Counted from the stretch's first letter, positions 51,500-64,000 are shown. The stretch: DNA of 64,000 bases from Phoronis australis (GCA_002633005.1 NMRA01000486.1:56237-120236); one strand, 5' to 3'. Made by a program: numbers and translations. Notes: generated by a model not told the origin, from the letters alone.

Positions 51500-52145
51500 T
51501 CTGGCTGTGCGACTGAAAGTCACCACTGCACGTCTGTGTTACTCAATCGCCACTACAAGTCAGTGTGACTCAAAGTCACTACTACATGTCTGTGTGACCC
51601 AGTCACCACAGCAAATTTAGTTTGTGACTGAAAGTCACCACTAATTCTTTTAAGAATTAAAATAAACCTTATTTCATAGAAAGTCACCATTCCAATTCGT
51701 TGAACCAATTCCGTCTGACTGCAAATCGCCACTACCCAGTGGATGTGGCTGAAATCCCTTCTTATTTGTAGTTGGGTTACTTAAAAAACAAAAACAATTG
51801 CGCAGGTGGTCTGATACACGTTGCACCAGACGTGCGCAGGCCTCGCATTTGGGCCCATTGCACTGATCATCTGGAACTATTTTTATGCTTTATTAATATA
51901 TGGTTAAAACCGAGCTGAGGAGCTAGAAACCTGTCTCAAGGGTTTAGCAGTGTGACCTGGTGGGACTTGAACCCAAGACCTCGAGTAAAGAAAGCGGGCA
52001 CTTATCAACCAGGCCACACTGCCTCCTCTAGTTGGGTTACTTGCTCTTACTGCTCATTTTTGGAGCCAAAGTTGTTTGACTGAAAGTCTGAATGACTTTG
52101 TGTCACTGCTTTCAAGGAACCATGTCAGTGTGACTGAAAGTCCCC
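51500..52145. repeat. Degenerate ~30-bp tandem array (gtgtgactgaaagtcaccact) interrupted by a SINE
   Basis: Units at 51507-51645, 51715-51755 and again at 52075-52143, beyond the SINE. Confidence 0.7.
51783..52028 (-). mobile_element. tRNA-derived SINE, family A, full length with TSD
   Basis: Near-identical to 25276-25537. 14-bp TSD TAGTTGGGTTACTT (51769-51782 and 52029-52042). (GTTTTT) tail. Confidence 0.92.
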
Positions 52146-53990
52146 TCTCATTTTCATGTTCATGTAAAAGTGATATTCGACATTTCTCCGAGGAAATGGT
52201 TGGACTTAACATGTGTGTCTTGTTTCAGTAACTTGTCATAGATTTCATTCCACAACTTGATTCTTAGATTCATGTTGACCCTAAACATTTGTCGTATTTT
52301 CATTAGTTTTGACTTCTGTTTTCATTTCTTTAAGAGCTCATTATCGTATAATTGCTGCTTGAATTACAGATTTATGCATTGGCTGGTAATTGCATTAATC
52401 ACACTTGTTTTTTTATTCTGTTCTAAAATGCACAATATCCTGCAGAGTTGTAGCTAAAGTAAATAGAGTTATGGGCAAATGGACATTTTATGGGAGAAAA
52501 GTTCATTAAAACTTCATTTTCTTGGATGTTTGTTGTTGATTTATGTGACGAATGTGTCAGGTCACATTAACATTAAATCACAAGAGAATTGTGCTTGATT
52601 AGTAGTGAAATGTTTGGAACAGCTTGCAGTGTGTATCTCACTCAGAAATACTAAGAGCCCCCTTGGGGCTATTTTGAGAACAAGGTTCAAAAAGCCCCCT
52701 AGGGGGCACTTTCGGGATCATTTTGTAAACCTTTCTCAGGGCACATAGGTATTGAAAGTGTGGCTAAGAGTTCAGTTTGTCAATTTTTATCATAAAAGCT
52801 TTGAAGTATTTTAAGTTTATCAATTTGTCCATGTAGTTTTAAAAGCATCTCCGAACACCTTACGTCATAGCAGTTCTGTCGATTGGTATTTCAATTCTTT
52901 GACCCAGTGCGGTGCTGTTGTCTATGCAAGTTTCCAATTCCAAATTTGAGCCCTGCACTTTTCTGAAAGAGCCCTCTTGTGGATTTTTTAGAAATTAGAA
53001 GTTTCTCAAAGTTCTCAATGCCCCTTTTTGTACATGGAAAATACGAACATTGAAGTTTTGAGTGTTATTCACGGATTCTTCATCTATTCAGAACACACTA
53101 TGGCAGACAAACTGAAATTAATTTTGCTAAACTAAAACCATCACCATTATTGGCATTGTAATTTTTTATTTAGTTTGGCTTGAAGAATGACATTTAAACT
53201 TTAAGATAAACATTGAAAATCATACAATTCTTTACTTGTAAATTGTGGATTGTTAGTGTGAACATTACAGATATTGTATCAAACAAGTTGACAGCCCTGC
53301 TGCATTCATAAATCCAAACCAATCGTACTGGGCAACGATTAAAACTTTTGACCCCTCCTAATCTCTGCCAGTCGATTTCTAATGATGATAAAAGCTGTAG
53401 GTGAAACAAATGCCACTTGAGTTCCATTTTCCTTTTGTTTGCCTATTGCACTGCATTTGATACCATGTATACTCCTATGTCACGCAGGCAACCGAGACGT
53501 TATCAGGCGACAAAAACCTGTGAAATAGTATCCGATAACTGAGAAAGCAAAATACTCGCCTCGGGAGATGGTCTCACATCCTCTCTAAAAGACGCATCCG
53601 CCCCTCCCCCCGGGTTCTGGTTGTTCCTGTGCTACACCTTAACATTCAAGCACCTGTTGAGAGGGGAGCTCACTAACTCACTGATTAGAAGATGTTGTAG
53701 TGGATCATAACAGGCTCCTAAATCACTGATTAGAAGATGTTATAGTGGATCATAACAGGCTCCTAAATCAATTGATATAATTGACTACACTCTTAATAAT
53801 GCATCCTGGGAGTTGCTTGCGCTTTGCAAACTTCGAGCAGTTTTGTCAGCTCTCTGTATTTCTCCCAGTAAATAAATATCTACATCAGGTTAGACATTTC
53901 TCTTATTATCTCCGAGTAAATAAATAACAGTACCTAGTTAAACACTTCTCTCATCTCCCAGTAAATAAATAATTGCACCATGATTTCTCT

Positions 53991-54417
53991 TAAGCTGTTT
54001 TTACAGGGGGAGCAGTTGTCGTGGTGCAAGTTGTCGTGGTGCAAGTTGTCATGGCGTGACTTGCTCCTCTTTAAAGTTGCATTTACACAATGTTGTATTG
54101 CAAACTGGATCAGCAGGAGTCATTTACACCAAGACTGTCTGCGCATGCTCGCCTAAACATTAGCTAACCTGCAAACCATATGGATCTCCCCTATATGCTA
54201 TTGTGCAAGCACATTCATTGAAAGATGATCCCTTTCCGCCCTGCCCCAGTTGTGACCTGTAGTTGACTCTGGAGCAACTGATCCATTGCAACTTCCTCTA
54301 CCTATCAAACTGATGTCAAAAATGGCTGCCTCGTCAGTATCAACACTCACAAACTATGATCAGCTGCTCCATGTTAGTTGCTCTGTGACAGCTGCCCCCT
54401 GTGTAGATGAGGCTTTA
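53991..54417. mobile_element. PIF/Harbinger-type MITE inserted in a tctcccagtaaataaataa repeat array
   Basis: Left TAAGCTGTTTTTACAGGGGGAGCAGTTGTC vs right reverse complement TAAAGCCTCATCTACACAGGGGGCAGCTGTC, with TWA flanks. Host repeat units at 53860-53970 and 54420-54440. Confidence 0.55.
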
Positions 54418-55140
54418 GTATCTCCCAGTTAATAAATAACTTTACCAAGTGATAAATTTCTCTTATAAGTAACTTACAAATTAAACCAGCCTCGCTGTAG
54501 TTCTCAACTCTCCTTCGCCGATTCACTTATAGCTTGTCTCTAAAGTAGTTTATTGAGTATTTAAAGTGAGCTCACTGCTGTGCCTAAATGTCAAGTCTAC
54601 ATTATGAGTCAGCTTATTAGGATAGTATAAAAACACAAAGCAGGGAAATCCTGATTAATTTAACAGCTTACTTGTTATTGGAAGCTGTGTTTCACACTCT
54701 GGTTATTTTAATTCGTTATCTTTTACATAATACAACTAATCTGGAACATGAATGTTCAACTGAGTGGACCTGTCAGTCTCCAGTCTAAGGGTGTGTTAAA
54801 GGTGCTGTCACCTACTTAACTGTTGCATAATAATTGACACATTAATTGATATTTAAGGTAAGGGGAAAATTCCCCAATCTGGGTCAAAGCTTGTCCAAAT
54901 TCTAGAAGTAGCCAACATTGGCCGTCTTAAATTCTAGAATCACTGGAAAGACGACAAAATTACCGACTCTGAAGATTGAAAACACATCGTCCAAAATTTA
55001 AAAAATATGGTCAATGCCAAAATCGTTGACCTAATTTCCAGAATCTAGAAAAGTTTATTTTTCCCGTGCATTTACATGTCCCAAATTCTAGAGACTGCCA
55101 AGTTAGAGAAGTTTTACTGTAATTGAAATATAGCGACTAG

Positions 55141-55523
55141 GTGTTATAATATAGTGACAAGGGGCTGTAAATATAATGGCAAGGTGCTGTAAATGTAGTG
55201 ACAAGGTGTTGTAAATGTAGTGACAAGGTGTTGTAAATATAATGACAAGGTGTTGTAAATATAATGGCAAGGTGTTATAAATATAATGACAAGGTGTTGT
55301 AAATGTAGTGACAAGGTGTTGTAAATATAATGACAAGGTGTTGTAAATATAATGACAAGGTGTTGTAAATATAGTGACAAGGTGTTGTAAATGTAGTGAC
55401 AAGGAGTTGAAAATGTAGTGACAAGGTGTTGTAAATATAGTGACAAGGTGTTTTAAATATAATGACAAGGTGCTGTAAATATAGTGACAAGGTGTTGTGA
55501 ATGTAGTGACAAGGTGTTGTAAA
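55141..55523. repeat. 22-bp minisatellite (GTGTTGTAAATATAATGACAAG)n, about 17 copies
   Basis: Visible directly. Explains the repetitive ORFs at 55103-55568. Confidence 0.95.
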
Positions 55524-55886
55524 ACTTGTCATTTGGGTGTTAAGTGCAGTTGACATGAAACAATGCATTTTAGTTGATATTGAATTTATTTGAAAGTAGC
55601 TAAGTTCACGGGACTAGGATTTGGACTTGTTTTTGTTATCCTTGTTTAATTGTACTTTGGCTTGTCTTGCTATTGTGCTCAGTAACACGGTAATTTTGAT
55701 TGTTAAATATTTAAGGAATCAGAATGTTTTTAGTATTTGTTAGATTGTTTCCCATGCAAGTAGCCATCCTCACCTTGAACTGTATATCCAGTTATTATCA
55801 AACTTTATTTAGTACACGCTCATTTTTGTTTTTATGAAGTAAATTCATTGTAGTGATACCAACATACCTATGTTATGTTATGTGTT

Positions 55887-56125
55887 CAGGGCTTGGAATT
55901 TTCTTCTTTTTGTTTTTGATTTCCTCTTATTTGATTTCTAGTCTCCTCTTTTTTTGTCTCTTTTCATCGTTATTTTGATTGTATTCATGCAAAAGATAAC
56001 GTTTATTTCAGTTAAAGTTTGCAATGCATAAAAAATATTTCTATCACACAAGCCTATTTATTTGTAGAGGGAAGCATCACCTGGAAATTTTTCTTCTTTT
56101 TTGTCATTGGTCATTCCAAGCCCTG
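55887..56125. mobile_element. hAT-type MITE, copy 2
   Basis: Perfect TIR CAGGGCTTGGAAT / ATTCCAAGCCCTG. Homologous to 46283-46520. Confidence 0.75.
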
Positions 56126-56639
56126 CGTGTTGTATTGCTGTGCATGTCAGGCTTAGGCTTAACATCAGTGTACACTTTAATTGGAGAACAGAAAATCAGG
56201 ACACTAGAATAGTAGAACTTTAAAAACAAAATTATTGAAAAGTCAGTTAGTTGAACAGTCATTCATGTAAATACTCTGGAACTACATTTGCATTGGAATC
56301 ACGAGCAAGAGTCAAATAAAGTAGATTTCTCGCCTGAACATTGTGTGATGCTGATGAAACAAGGTGGGCAATTCTTCTTGTATTTAGCACACATTAAGGT
56401 GAACTAGTGAAATTTCATTTTGTTAAATTTCTCCGCAAAAATAAAGATTAATGAAAATTTTAGCTGATGTTATTAGCTTGTACATGTCATAAATAACATG
56501 TCATAAATAACATGTCATAAATAACATGTTCCTAGTATTTACGGTATTTAGGTAACCAGCCTTTAAAGATTTGAAAAATGACAATTCTGGCGCTTATTTT
56601 TACACAAAATAGTTGAAGAATTATCGTAAGGAAGGTTTG

Positions 56640-57080
56640 TACGTTTTTGGAGAAAGAATCTGCTTGAGATGGTTGTTCACAAAGACAAAGTCACTTTCAA
56701 GGACGTTTCAATTGTACTAAAAGGAATTGTGTAGTAAGGCGAGCATATTACGAGTTTGATGGTGGAATTTTTCGAAAATTTCATGGATGGCATGAGCAGC
56801 AGCCTGGATGAGTACCGTATATTACATTTTTCGCTAGAATCAAATCAAATGCTTGGTATTCTGTTTATCTTTAAGCATCATATGATAGCTATTCATAGCA
56901 TATTACTGAATGAACTTATTTATTGTACAAGTCACTGCTATATCATGCTTCTATTGGAGAACTCAAAAATCGAGATGGCATTAACGCGAGTTCAAAAGGA
57001 AACTTTGGAAATTTTGTGATGGCCATTAACCCATTCGAGTACACCAGTATTAATCCTAATTTCTTCTTTATTTTATGCCT
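56640..57080 (+). pseudogene. Decayed Penelope-like reverse transcriptase fragment
   Basis: AYYEFDGGIFRKFHG followed by (frameshift) GMSSSL...FSLE resembles PLE RT 'F.F.G..Y.Q..G.AMGS.L...LE'. Downstream 'aacccattcgagtacaccagtat' resembles 'KPT..HQYL'. Confidence 0.35.
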
Positions 57081-57275
57081 CCTACTCACAAGATTTTGAT
57101 TCAGTTTCAATCTGGCACAAGGTCATCGAGTCAAATTTACAATTTTTATATACTGTCCAGAATTGTAGTTGTCCCCTTGCTATATCTTTGTCTTGTTAAC
57201 TATTTTTAGTGAGAAATTTGACATAATTATTATGACATTTCCCTTTCACACCATTGTAAATCTGTAATTGGTCAC

Positions 57276-57480
57276 ACTTACCTGTGCCCAATGCCTATCC
57301 CATGGTGCCTCACCGAGGACACATTTTTTTCCTTTTGAACATCAGTTAAGCAGTTACAGCCAGATCATTGTTTCCTAACTTATTGGAAATCTACTGACGT
57401 CTTACTTGAGGCGGACAGTTGGAAGTCTTCAATGAAGTCTTCAGTGAGTCGCTTGTTTATGACTGAGACTTCTTATATGG
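57276..57480 (-). promoter_or_regulatory. Candidate distal TATA/Inr promoter and non-coding first exon on the minus strand
   Basis: Minus strand CCATATAAG (T at 57477) lies 32 nt upstream of Inr-like TCACT (A at 57445). The exon ends at 57282 with a consensus CAG|GTAAGT. Contains an ACCATGG-context ATG-GGA-TAG micro-uORF (57303-57295). Confidence 0.45.
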
Positions 57481-57705
57481 CTTCATTTGCTTGTTTGATT
57501 GTATTTACATTAACCGTATAGCACCCTCTATTAGTAACGCAGGTTTACTACAAAAACAGTGTAGCAATTACCTGGCCACCGTTACCATGGTAAACAGAAT
57601 TTGTGAGAGTTTGATGTGCTAACCTCCGTTCATTTGGCCATTTTTCAAATTGCCACTCATTTAATGTATTGCGCTTATTTTGGTTAGACGAGCAATAACG
57701 AGCCA

Positions 57706-57968
57706 GTGTTAAAATTGGTCATTGTAGTGAGAGAATGAGTTATAAGTGTTAAAATTGGCCATTGTAGTGAGAGAATGAGTTATAAGTGTTAAAATTGGCC
57801 ATTGTAGTGAGAGAATGAGTTATAAGTGTTAAAATTGGCCATTGTAGTGAGAGAATGAGTTATAAGTGTTAAAATTGGCCATTGTAGTGAGAGAATGAGT
57901 TATAAGTGTTAAAATTGGCCATTGTAGTGAGAGAATGAGTTATAAGTGTTAAAATTGGCCATTGTAGT
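57706..57968. repeat. 40-bp minisatellite, about 6.5 near-identical copies ending at an N
   Basis: Unit GTGTTAAAATTGGCCATTGTAGTGAGAGAATGAGTTATAA. Confidence 0.95.
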
Positions 57969-59998
57969 NTTGTTAGTGTATGGAAGTTTAACAGTTGTTT
58001 ACCGTAACGGTTATATTAAACATCAATTTTTTTCTTTAAAAAGAGTTGTTTTATGTCTCTGTTTATGTAAATATTCATTTTTTGCGTAAAGGCATGTTTA
58101 TTCCAGAAATGAATAATTATATTTTTAGGAAAGGAGGAATATTTTATAGGCGCATGTAGCTGAGTCGTGTTAACAACACACCCTGTTTATAGCCTTTGCT
58201 CGCTTGTAACGTTCCGTTCTCCAAGTCCAATGTAAAATACCCTTTCTACGCTTTGTTTTTAATGAACACCCATACGCAGTTATAACGCACCAATTTCGAT
58301 GTCCCAGTGGGTAACTTCATCAACTTTACAAGGAACCAGTGCATATCTAAAAATGTATCACGCACGTACTCCTCGATTTCGTATTTGTGCACATTGGGTG
58401 ACGCACAAGTTCGTGATTTGTTGCATGCAGTTTGTGTTAAAACATTGACACTGAAGTTAGTGCGAGGTTAGCCAAGATCCAACTTAATACGTACATCCAA
58501 CGTGTGCAAGTTTTACTGTACTAATACACTGGGCCGTGTTAATTGTGTATATCTACCAATTAAAAGTCAACTCTTCTGGTAAAAATTCTATTTTTTATTT
58601 TTTCTGAAACTTTGATGGGGTTACTCTGTACCTCGGTTACAACGAGTCTTCGATAGGTCCAGGGACGTTTGTTGTAACATAGTGCAACTGCAGTCCTAAT
58701 ATTGTCATGATTAATTGCTAATAAATCAATAAAGCTTATTAAATTGCAAAAAAGCTGTATTGAGGCTTAATGATCAACTGGATAAATATTTTAAAATTAT
58801 GTACTACTAGGCAGACATTACTAACTGGCTTTGAATGATGAAGCATGCCTCACAAAACTAGTCATCAATGTTGGCAACTGAAAATCTGATAAAGTTTTGA
58901 TATCCGAACAGCCATTTTGAGGTCTAGTAACAAACTTGCGTACATCCAGTCACTTTCTGTAAGATCACTGTTTTCTAATTGTCTGTGATATGACCAGCTG
59001 CCAGCCAGTAATTATTGACTGATATTAGAATTTATTGTCAGCATACTGTTGGAACCTGTAGCTAGCTCTAGCTGTTCCCTACATTGATACACATCTTCAA
59101 GTCAAAACAGAGTTTGGCTAAATCCATTAAACGATTAACTGCCTGCCAAATCGTTTGCTAAAGTGAACATGCAGTGAATGGGGGAATATGTGTATTACAT
59201 TTGGTTTCCTAACGACCAATCGCTGGTTTATCTGTGCTGGGAGTTCAGTAATAAAATGGCTACTGGGCGCATTTGTTCGTAAACATTTAGAAAGTCGACG
59301 GATGAGTTGGATCAGTCTCAAAATCTACGGAATTATATTCTCAGCGTCTTCCGTGATGTAATGATAAATGACGTGTCAGATACAACCTGACCTGGCTATG
59401 AACTAATGTTTTGAAGTAACCTTAGCTTATAATGGTTTAATTTCTAAGAATTCCTACAAGAAGTAAGTTCAAGTTCTATAGCAACTTAAGCTATTAAGTG
59501 ATTTTGTGTTTGCACCAACTGTAAAATAAATTTACATTACTCAGTTTTAAGTGGCTTAACTTTTTATAGAATATTTATACGTAAATAAAACAACAATAAT
59601 GGATCAACTGAAATTTTCGGATATAATGGCATCCTATGTTAACAGAAACAGAAATTAAGTAAAATCAAACACGATATTACAAATGATATCTTATATTTGG
59701 CGTAATGAACATAATAGTATTTTTCAGCAGATCTGGATCAGCTCATTTAGTTTCAGATTTATTTTCTACGTTACTTAACTTTTTATATCATATTTGCTTA
59801 TTTTTTGCTTGTAGATTCAATAAAGACTATGTAGGACTAATCATTCTTCTTCTATCAGCAGTTCACTTAGTGTTATAAACAACTCCACTTATATATTTTT
59901 ATGTTCTGTTTAAGTTCATTTTAGGCTTAAGCAGCTAGTACGTGAAATTGCACCCGAGAAATCAGAATTAGGCACATGGAGTGTGTATCTCATACTTG

Positions 59999-60307
59999 TT
60001 AACGACCAATTTCCCCTTGGGTCCAATTAATCCCATTCAGGCTCGCCCACTTCCTTATGAAGAACCAGATAGATGATGAGGACCTGTTATCATCTCTGCG
60101 TGAGTTATGAATGGTCCCTTCCTGTTTTTGCCAAGCAATACTGACTCTTTTGTTTACTTCCTGTGCTATGTTGATCATATGCTCGGCTGTAGGCGTGGGT
60201 GACAACTTGAGATTTTTACCAGGTTGCCAAACTAAATCTGAAGTCGAATTGGTGTCCTTCAGGTCGCCAAATAGAGACCTGTCTATTTTTTTATTATGCG
60301 TTACCAA
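59999..60307 (-). pseudogene. Possible decayed LINE ORF1 (CR1/L2-type) fragment
   Basis: GKNLKLSPTPTAEHMINIAQEVNKR resembles the 'L.L...L...DI..AHR.GK' ORF1 motif. Confidence 0.3.
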
Positions 60308-63300
60308 TAGCCACTAATAGAAGAGTACTTGGGTGTTGTCGCGGGTGTTGTCGCGGGTATTATCGCAGGTGCATTTCAAGGTAACACAGCCGATAACAGA
60401 TGGCAACTATAATCTCCACTTATTACTTCTGGGGGCCTAAGCTGTGGACAGTAATCCGCATGATAAATGGATACATATTTAGCCTGATTACCATGAAATA
60501 GTTTAGCCTAATTTCACATCCATACAGAAGAATTTAGAAAGTAGTTACTGCATCGTCACTCAGCCTGTCTGTAGTGCAATACTTGTTGCCATGGTAATTA
60601 ATGCTGCGTTCACAGGAATGGCAAAAACACCAGTAGTTTTTCAGTAATGAGAACATTGTCTACGAAAGGTTTGTTTTTGATAATAGTTAATTTATTTTCT
60701 GACCACCAGGATGGCTTTTAAATCGGCCCTAAACTCTTAAATGCAGCACTAACAACGATGTTCTTTCCATAGCAAGTGTGTCCTTTGAAGTAAGTAATTT
60801 GGCTACTAAAGTGCCTTTGAAAATACCAGCAGCTTTGTGGGTAACTCAGTACCAGTAAGAGTGACTGTTACATCCTGGCCACGCTTCTATCTTCGGTCCT
60901 GGATCGAAGTTATCAGTGCAGTAACAGGTGGATTTAACAGCGCAATGTCTATCCTGCAGCGTGGTATGAATGGTAGTTACTGCTAGGGGCCACTGATGTC
61001 AACAAAAGGCAGTGTCGTCGCTGATATTTGCTAAAATAATCACCTGTCCAATTGGAAATAAATTTTATGTCATTTACCATATGTAAATGTTCTTAATGAT
61101 CACTTGGAAAAATGTATCCACAGGACAAAAACTGACGTGGAACGTCACCTTATGCATCAACGCCACCTTGTGGTTATGTTGATGACGACAGCATCACTTA
61201 TCTTTACTTTCATGCTGTTAACTACTGAAGCTGGTGTGAACCATTCAACTTACTGCGCAGTTTACATCGATGCTTTGCTCTCACCCGGAGATAAGGTAGT
61301 GTGAAAGGACCTTAATTGAAAGCACAACAAATTGAAAATGGATGATAAAGGTATTGACTTGTGGATTGCTAATCTCCTGTCCAATTAATTAGTTCACAGA
61401 CCCATACACAAGCAGACTAATAATGTCTGGCTTCACAGGTGATTATATAAGCACGGAATTTACTGAGAGTGATTGGCCATGAATTGCCCTTGTCTCATGG
61501 GTACAATTAAAGCTACCGCACAATCTGGTCGGTTTCACCAGTTGATTAAGCTTAACATTCTTACTAAATGACCCTCTCTTCAACAAATCTCATTAAAGCA
61601 AATTTTGATAAATGTGTACAAAAATTTGTCACCAATTTATTGCGCTATGCTGGAGAAGATCGAAATTTTAGGGTTGGAAATTTCAAATTGATGATCTTTC
61701 AAATTTTAGGGTTGGAAATGTCAAATTGATGATCTTCCAAATATGAGAAGTAAGTAATCAACGGACTATTAGTATCATTTGATAAAAAATAGCAAAAAAG
61801 GCAAAATATTTGAACCGGTGATGCATTTGAAAGTTTTGTTTTTTCTAATATAGTGCACGAGAATGGTAATAACACAAAATACCATTTCTAATATAGTGCA
61901 CGAGAATGGTAATAACACAAAATACCATTTCCCCGTGATGACAACTAATTCAGTTTTGGGTGAAAAAGACTTTCCAATGACTGAGGCAGCAAAATTTTAA
62001 CAACAAAATAGCTTTGCTATGTTATTAACTAGTTGTTGTTCATTTATTCTCGGTCTTATGGGAAGACCACTCTGACCATGAATCCAGCTTCTGTTCAGAT
62101 GGGATTTTGTCCAAATACTTTTGGCATGTACTGTATTTTAACTCTTCTTGATATCTTATTGATTGTACACTATCACGCAGTATTCAAAAAATCTTTACAA
62201 CATGAGAAGCCCGGAAAATTCTCATTTTGGTGAAATTTATTATACAGAAAAACATATTAATCGCTAAAATGACCACTTTCCAATTTTCAAAGGCTTAATA
62301 CTTTGTTGTAACAAATGGATAAAATGTTTGCTAGTAGTTATACCATGTTGGTAATTAAGTCTTGTGTGCTTATTGTTTTTGGTAAGGATTTGGATACAAC
62401 TTTACTTGTCTGCCATATTGTATCCTAAAACATTTTTACTATGCCACTCAGTAGCTTAGAATACTCAACTGAAACTATTAGATAAAAAGCAAAAACACCC
62501 ACCTGAGACACAAGCCTCCCTCCCACTTCTGGTCTCAGTGTTATATGCATCTCACAGGACCTAAGCTTGCATGATCCCAATTATGATCATACATTATTTA
62601 ACCTCATTAATCAAGTATTTATTACCTTCCTCAGAAATCTGCCCTGCACAAAAAGAAACCTTCGGTGAAATGAAATGCAATTTTTCAGTGTTGTATCCGT
62701 CACCTTTATACATCACTATGGTAACCAATATTTAAAGTGCTCCTGTGTTCCTGTCTAATATGGTTGGCTGGCTAGTCTGTAGTCGTTTACCTGTGCACAG
62801 GAAGATTTATGGAGTTTGATCTTATGTATGGTCTTGGCAGAATGACTGGCTAGCTGTGATCTTGGGGTAATGACTGTCGTGATATTGAGGCAGTGACTGA
62901 TTCAGTTTTATTTTAAAATACTACCCAACTCGATGACTACTGCAGACTTCAAAAACACTGAAATTCACCAAATAAAATTGATTTTTGGAAATCAAAAGTC
63001 TGAAAAGAAGAAATGGAGGTTACAATAATTCAACAATTTTAGCTAAAATTTTGCGTTAATTTCTATTTTTCAACGGCTGAATTAACCAACCAACAAATAT
63101 TCCAATATTTGTTTATTCAGTGCCGAATAATCTGCCTGTATAACTGTTAAGTTTTCATAAACTTTATGCACTCAGAAAATCAATCACTTTTGAAATATCT
63201 TATTCATGAAACAAAATAGGAGGTTGTGTGTTGCCGAATTTTACGTATTCACACTTTCTAAAAGGACCTGAGTACGAATGAAGTATATCATTGCAATCTT

Positions 63301-63924
63301 TTTGTTACAATTTTACTATGTTGATTCAGTGAAGCTGCAAATACAAACTTGTTCTTGGATTTATCTTGAACTTTCTTTTTTTCTGTTTAGAAAATTCATT
63401 GTCAAAATAAATCGTTTCACATCTCAGCCGTGCTGTGTTCTTGTCAAGAGTTGTGGTCTATATTTTTAAGAACTGGAAAGTGCAATAAACTGAAATGATC
63501 TGTTCATGTGTTATTTCAGTCCAAGTGGCTCTTCATGTGAATTACAAGCGTGACGTAAATGTTGTTAGAGAATTGAGTTTAATCAAGGGTATGGCCATGT
63601 AGTCAGTATCACAAATAACAGTTTGATTTCCTTCAATTTATATCAGTTCACGGCTTTATCTTCTCATCTCATATGTCATTGTCTTCTCTTGTCCTTTTTC
63701 TAATTTGTTCATTTGACCTTTGCTGTTGTTTTGCTCAAGTTCTATAAGGATAACGGCATTTAATTAAAAGAGGATCGCGTAAACACTGCCCACTTGATTT
63801 AAGAAGTTGCATTATGAAGCTCTGTGGGCAGGTCTTGTAATAAGTTCTTATTACGAAAACAGAAAAAATGGAAAAATCCTCATTTTTTATTGGAAGTTAA
63901 TTGATTGTCTCAGTTCTGAAGGTG

Positions 63925-63969
63925 ATTACTTGGCGGAATTCTTCCGCCAAGTATGTTGCTCTGACAGCA

Positions 63970-64000
<31 letters not shown>
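63925..64000 (+). mobile_element. 5' end of another HINE/DINE-1-like copy of the 40803 family, running off the window
   Basis: Perfect hairpin TACTTGGCGGAA-TTC-TTCCGCCAAGTA, then TGTTGCTCTGACA.CAAG and poly-T, in the same layout as 40803-40870. Confidence 0.7.

Noticed and set aside
55103-55568. Repetitive ORFs in three frames
   Set aside because: By-product of a 22-bp repeat that lacks stops on one strand.

Overview
AT-rich, repeat-dense invertebrate animal DNA (the GPCR and transposon content suggest a lophotrochozoan or similar marine invertebrate; this is inference). The only intact coding sequences I can support are (i) one internal exon of MON2 on the + strand (183-284) and (ii) an intronless myosuppressin/myomodulin-receptor-like (DmsR/dmsr-1-like) class A GPCR ORF on the - strand (22071-23240). 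I found no next MON2 exon by eye, so the GPCR and several candidate non-coding first exons of it (about 27.5, 40.4, 57.3 and 62.8 kb) appear nested antisense in a MON2 intron of more than 63 kb. The rest is mostly mobile DNA: a decayed AcademX-like element with long TIRs inside a hAT-type MITE, a Kolobok-like element with THAP-coding starts in both TIRs, Tc1/mariner-, P/hAT- and Harbinger-type MITEs, Helentron/DINE-1-like elements, three copies of a tRNA-derived SINE, LINE and Penelope relics (one with a hammerhead-like core) and many minisatellites. No prokaryotic features or CRISPR arrays. I cannot establish a wholly new biological system from sequence alone. The best leads are the nested GPCR with dispersed promoters and the dual-THAP Kolobok architecture.
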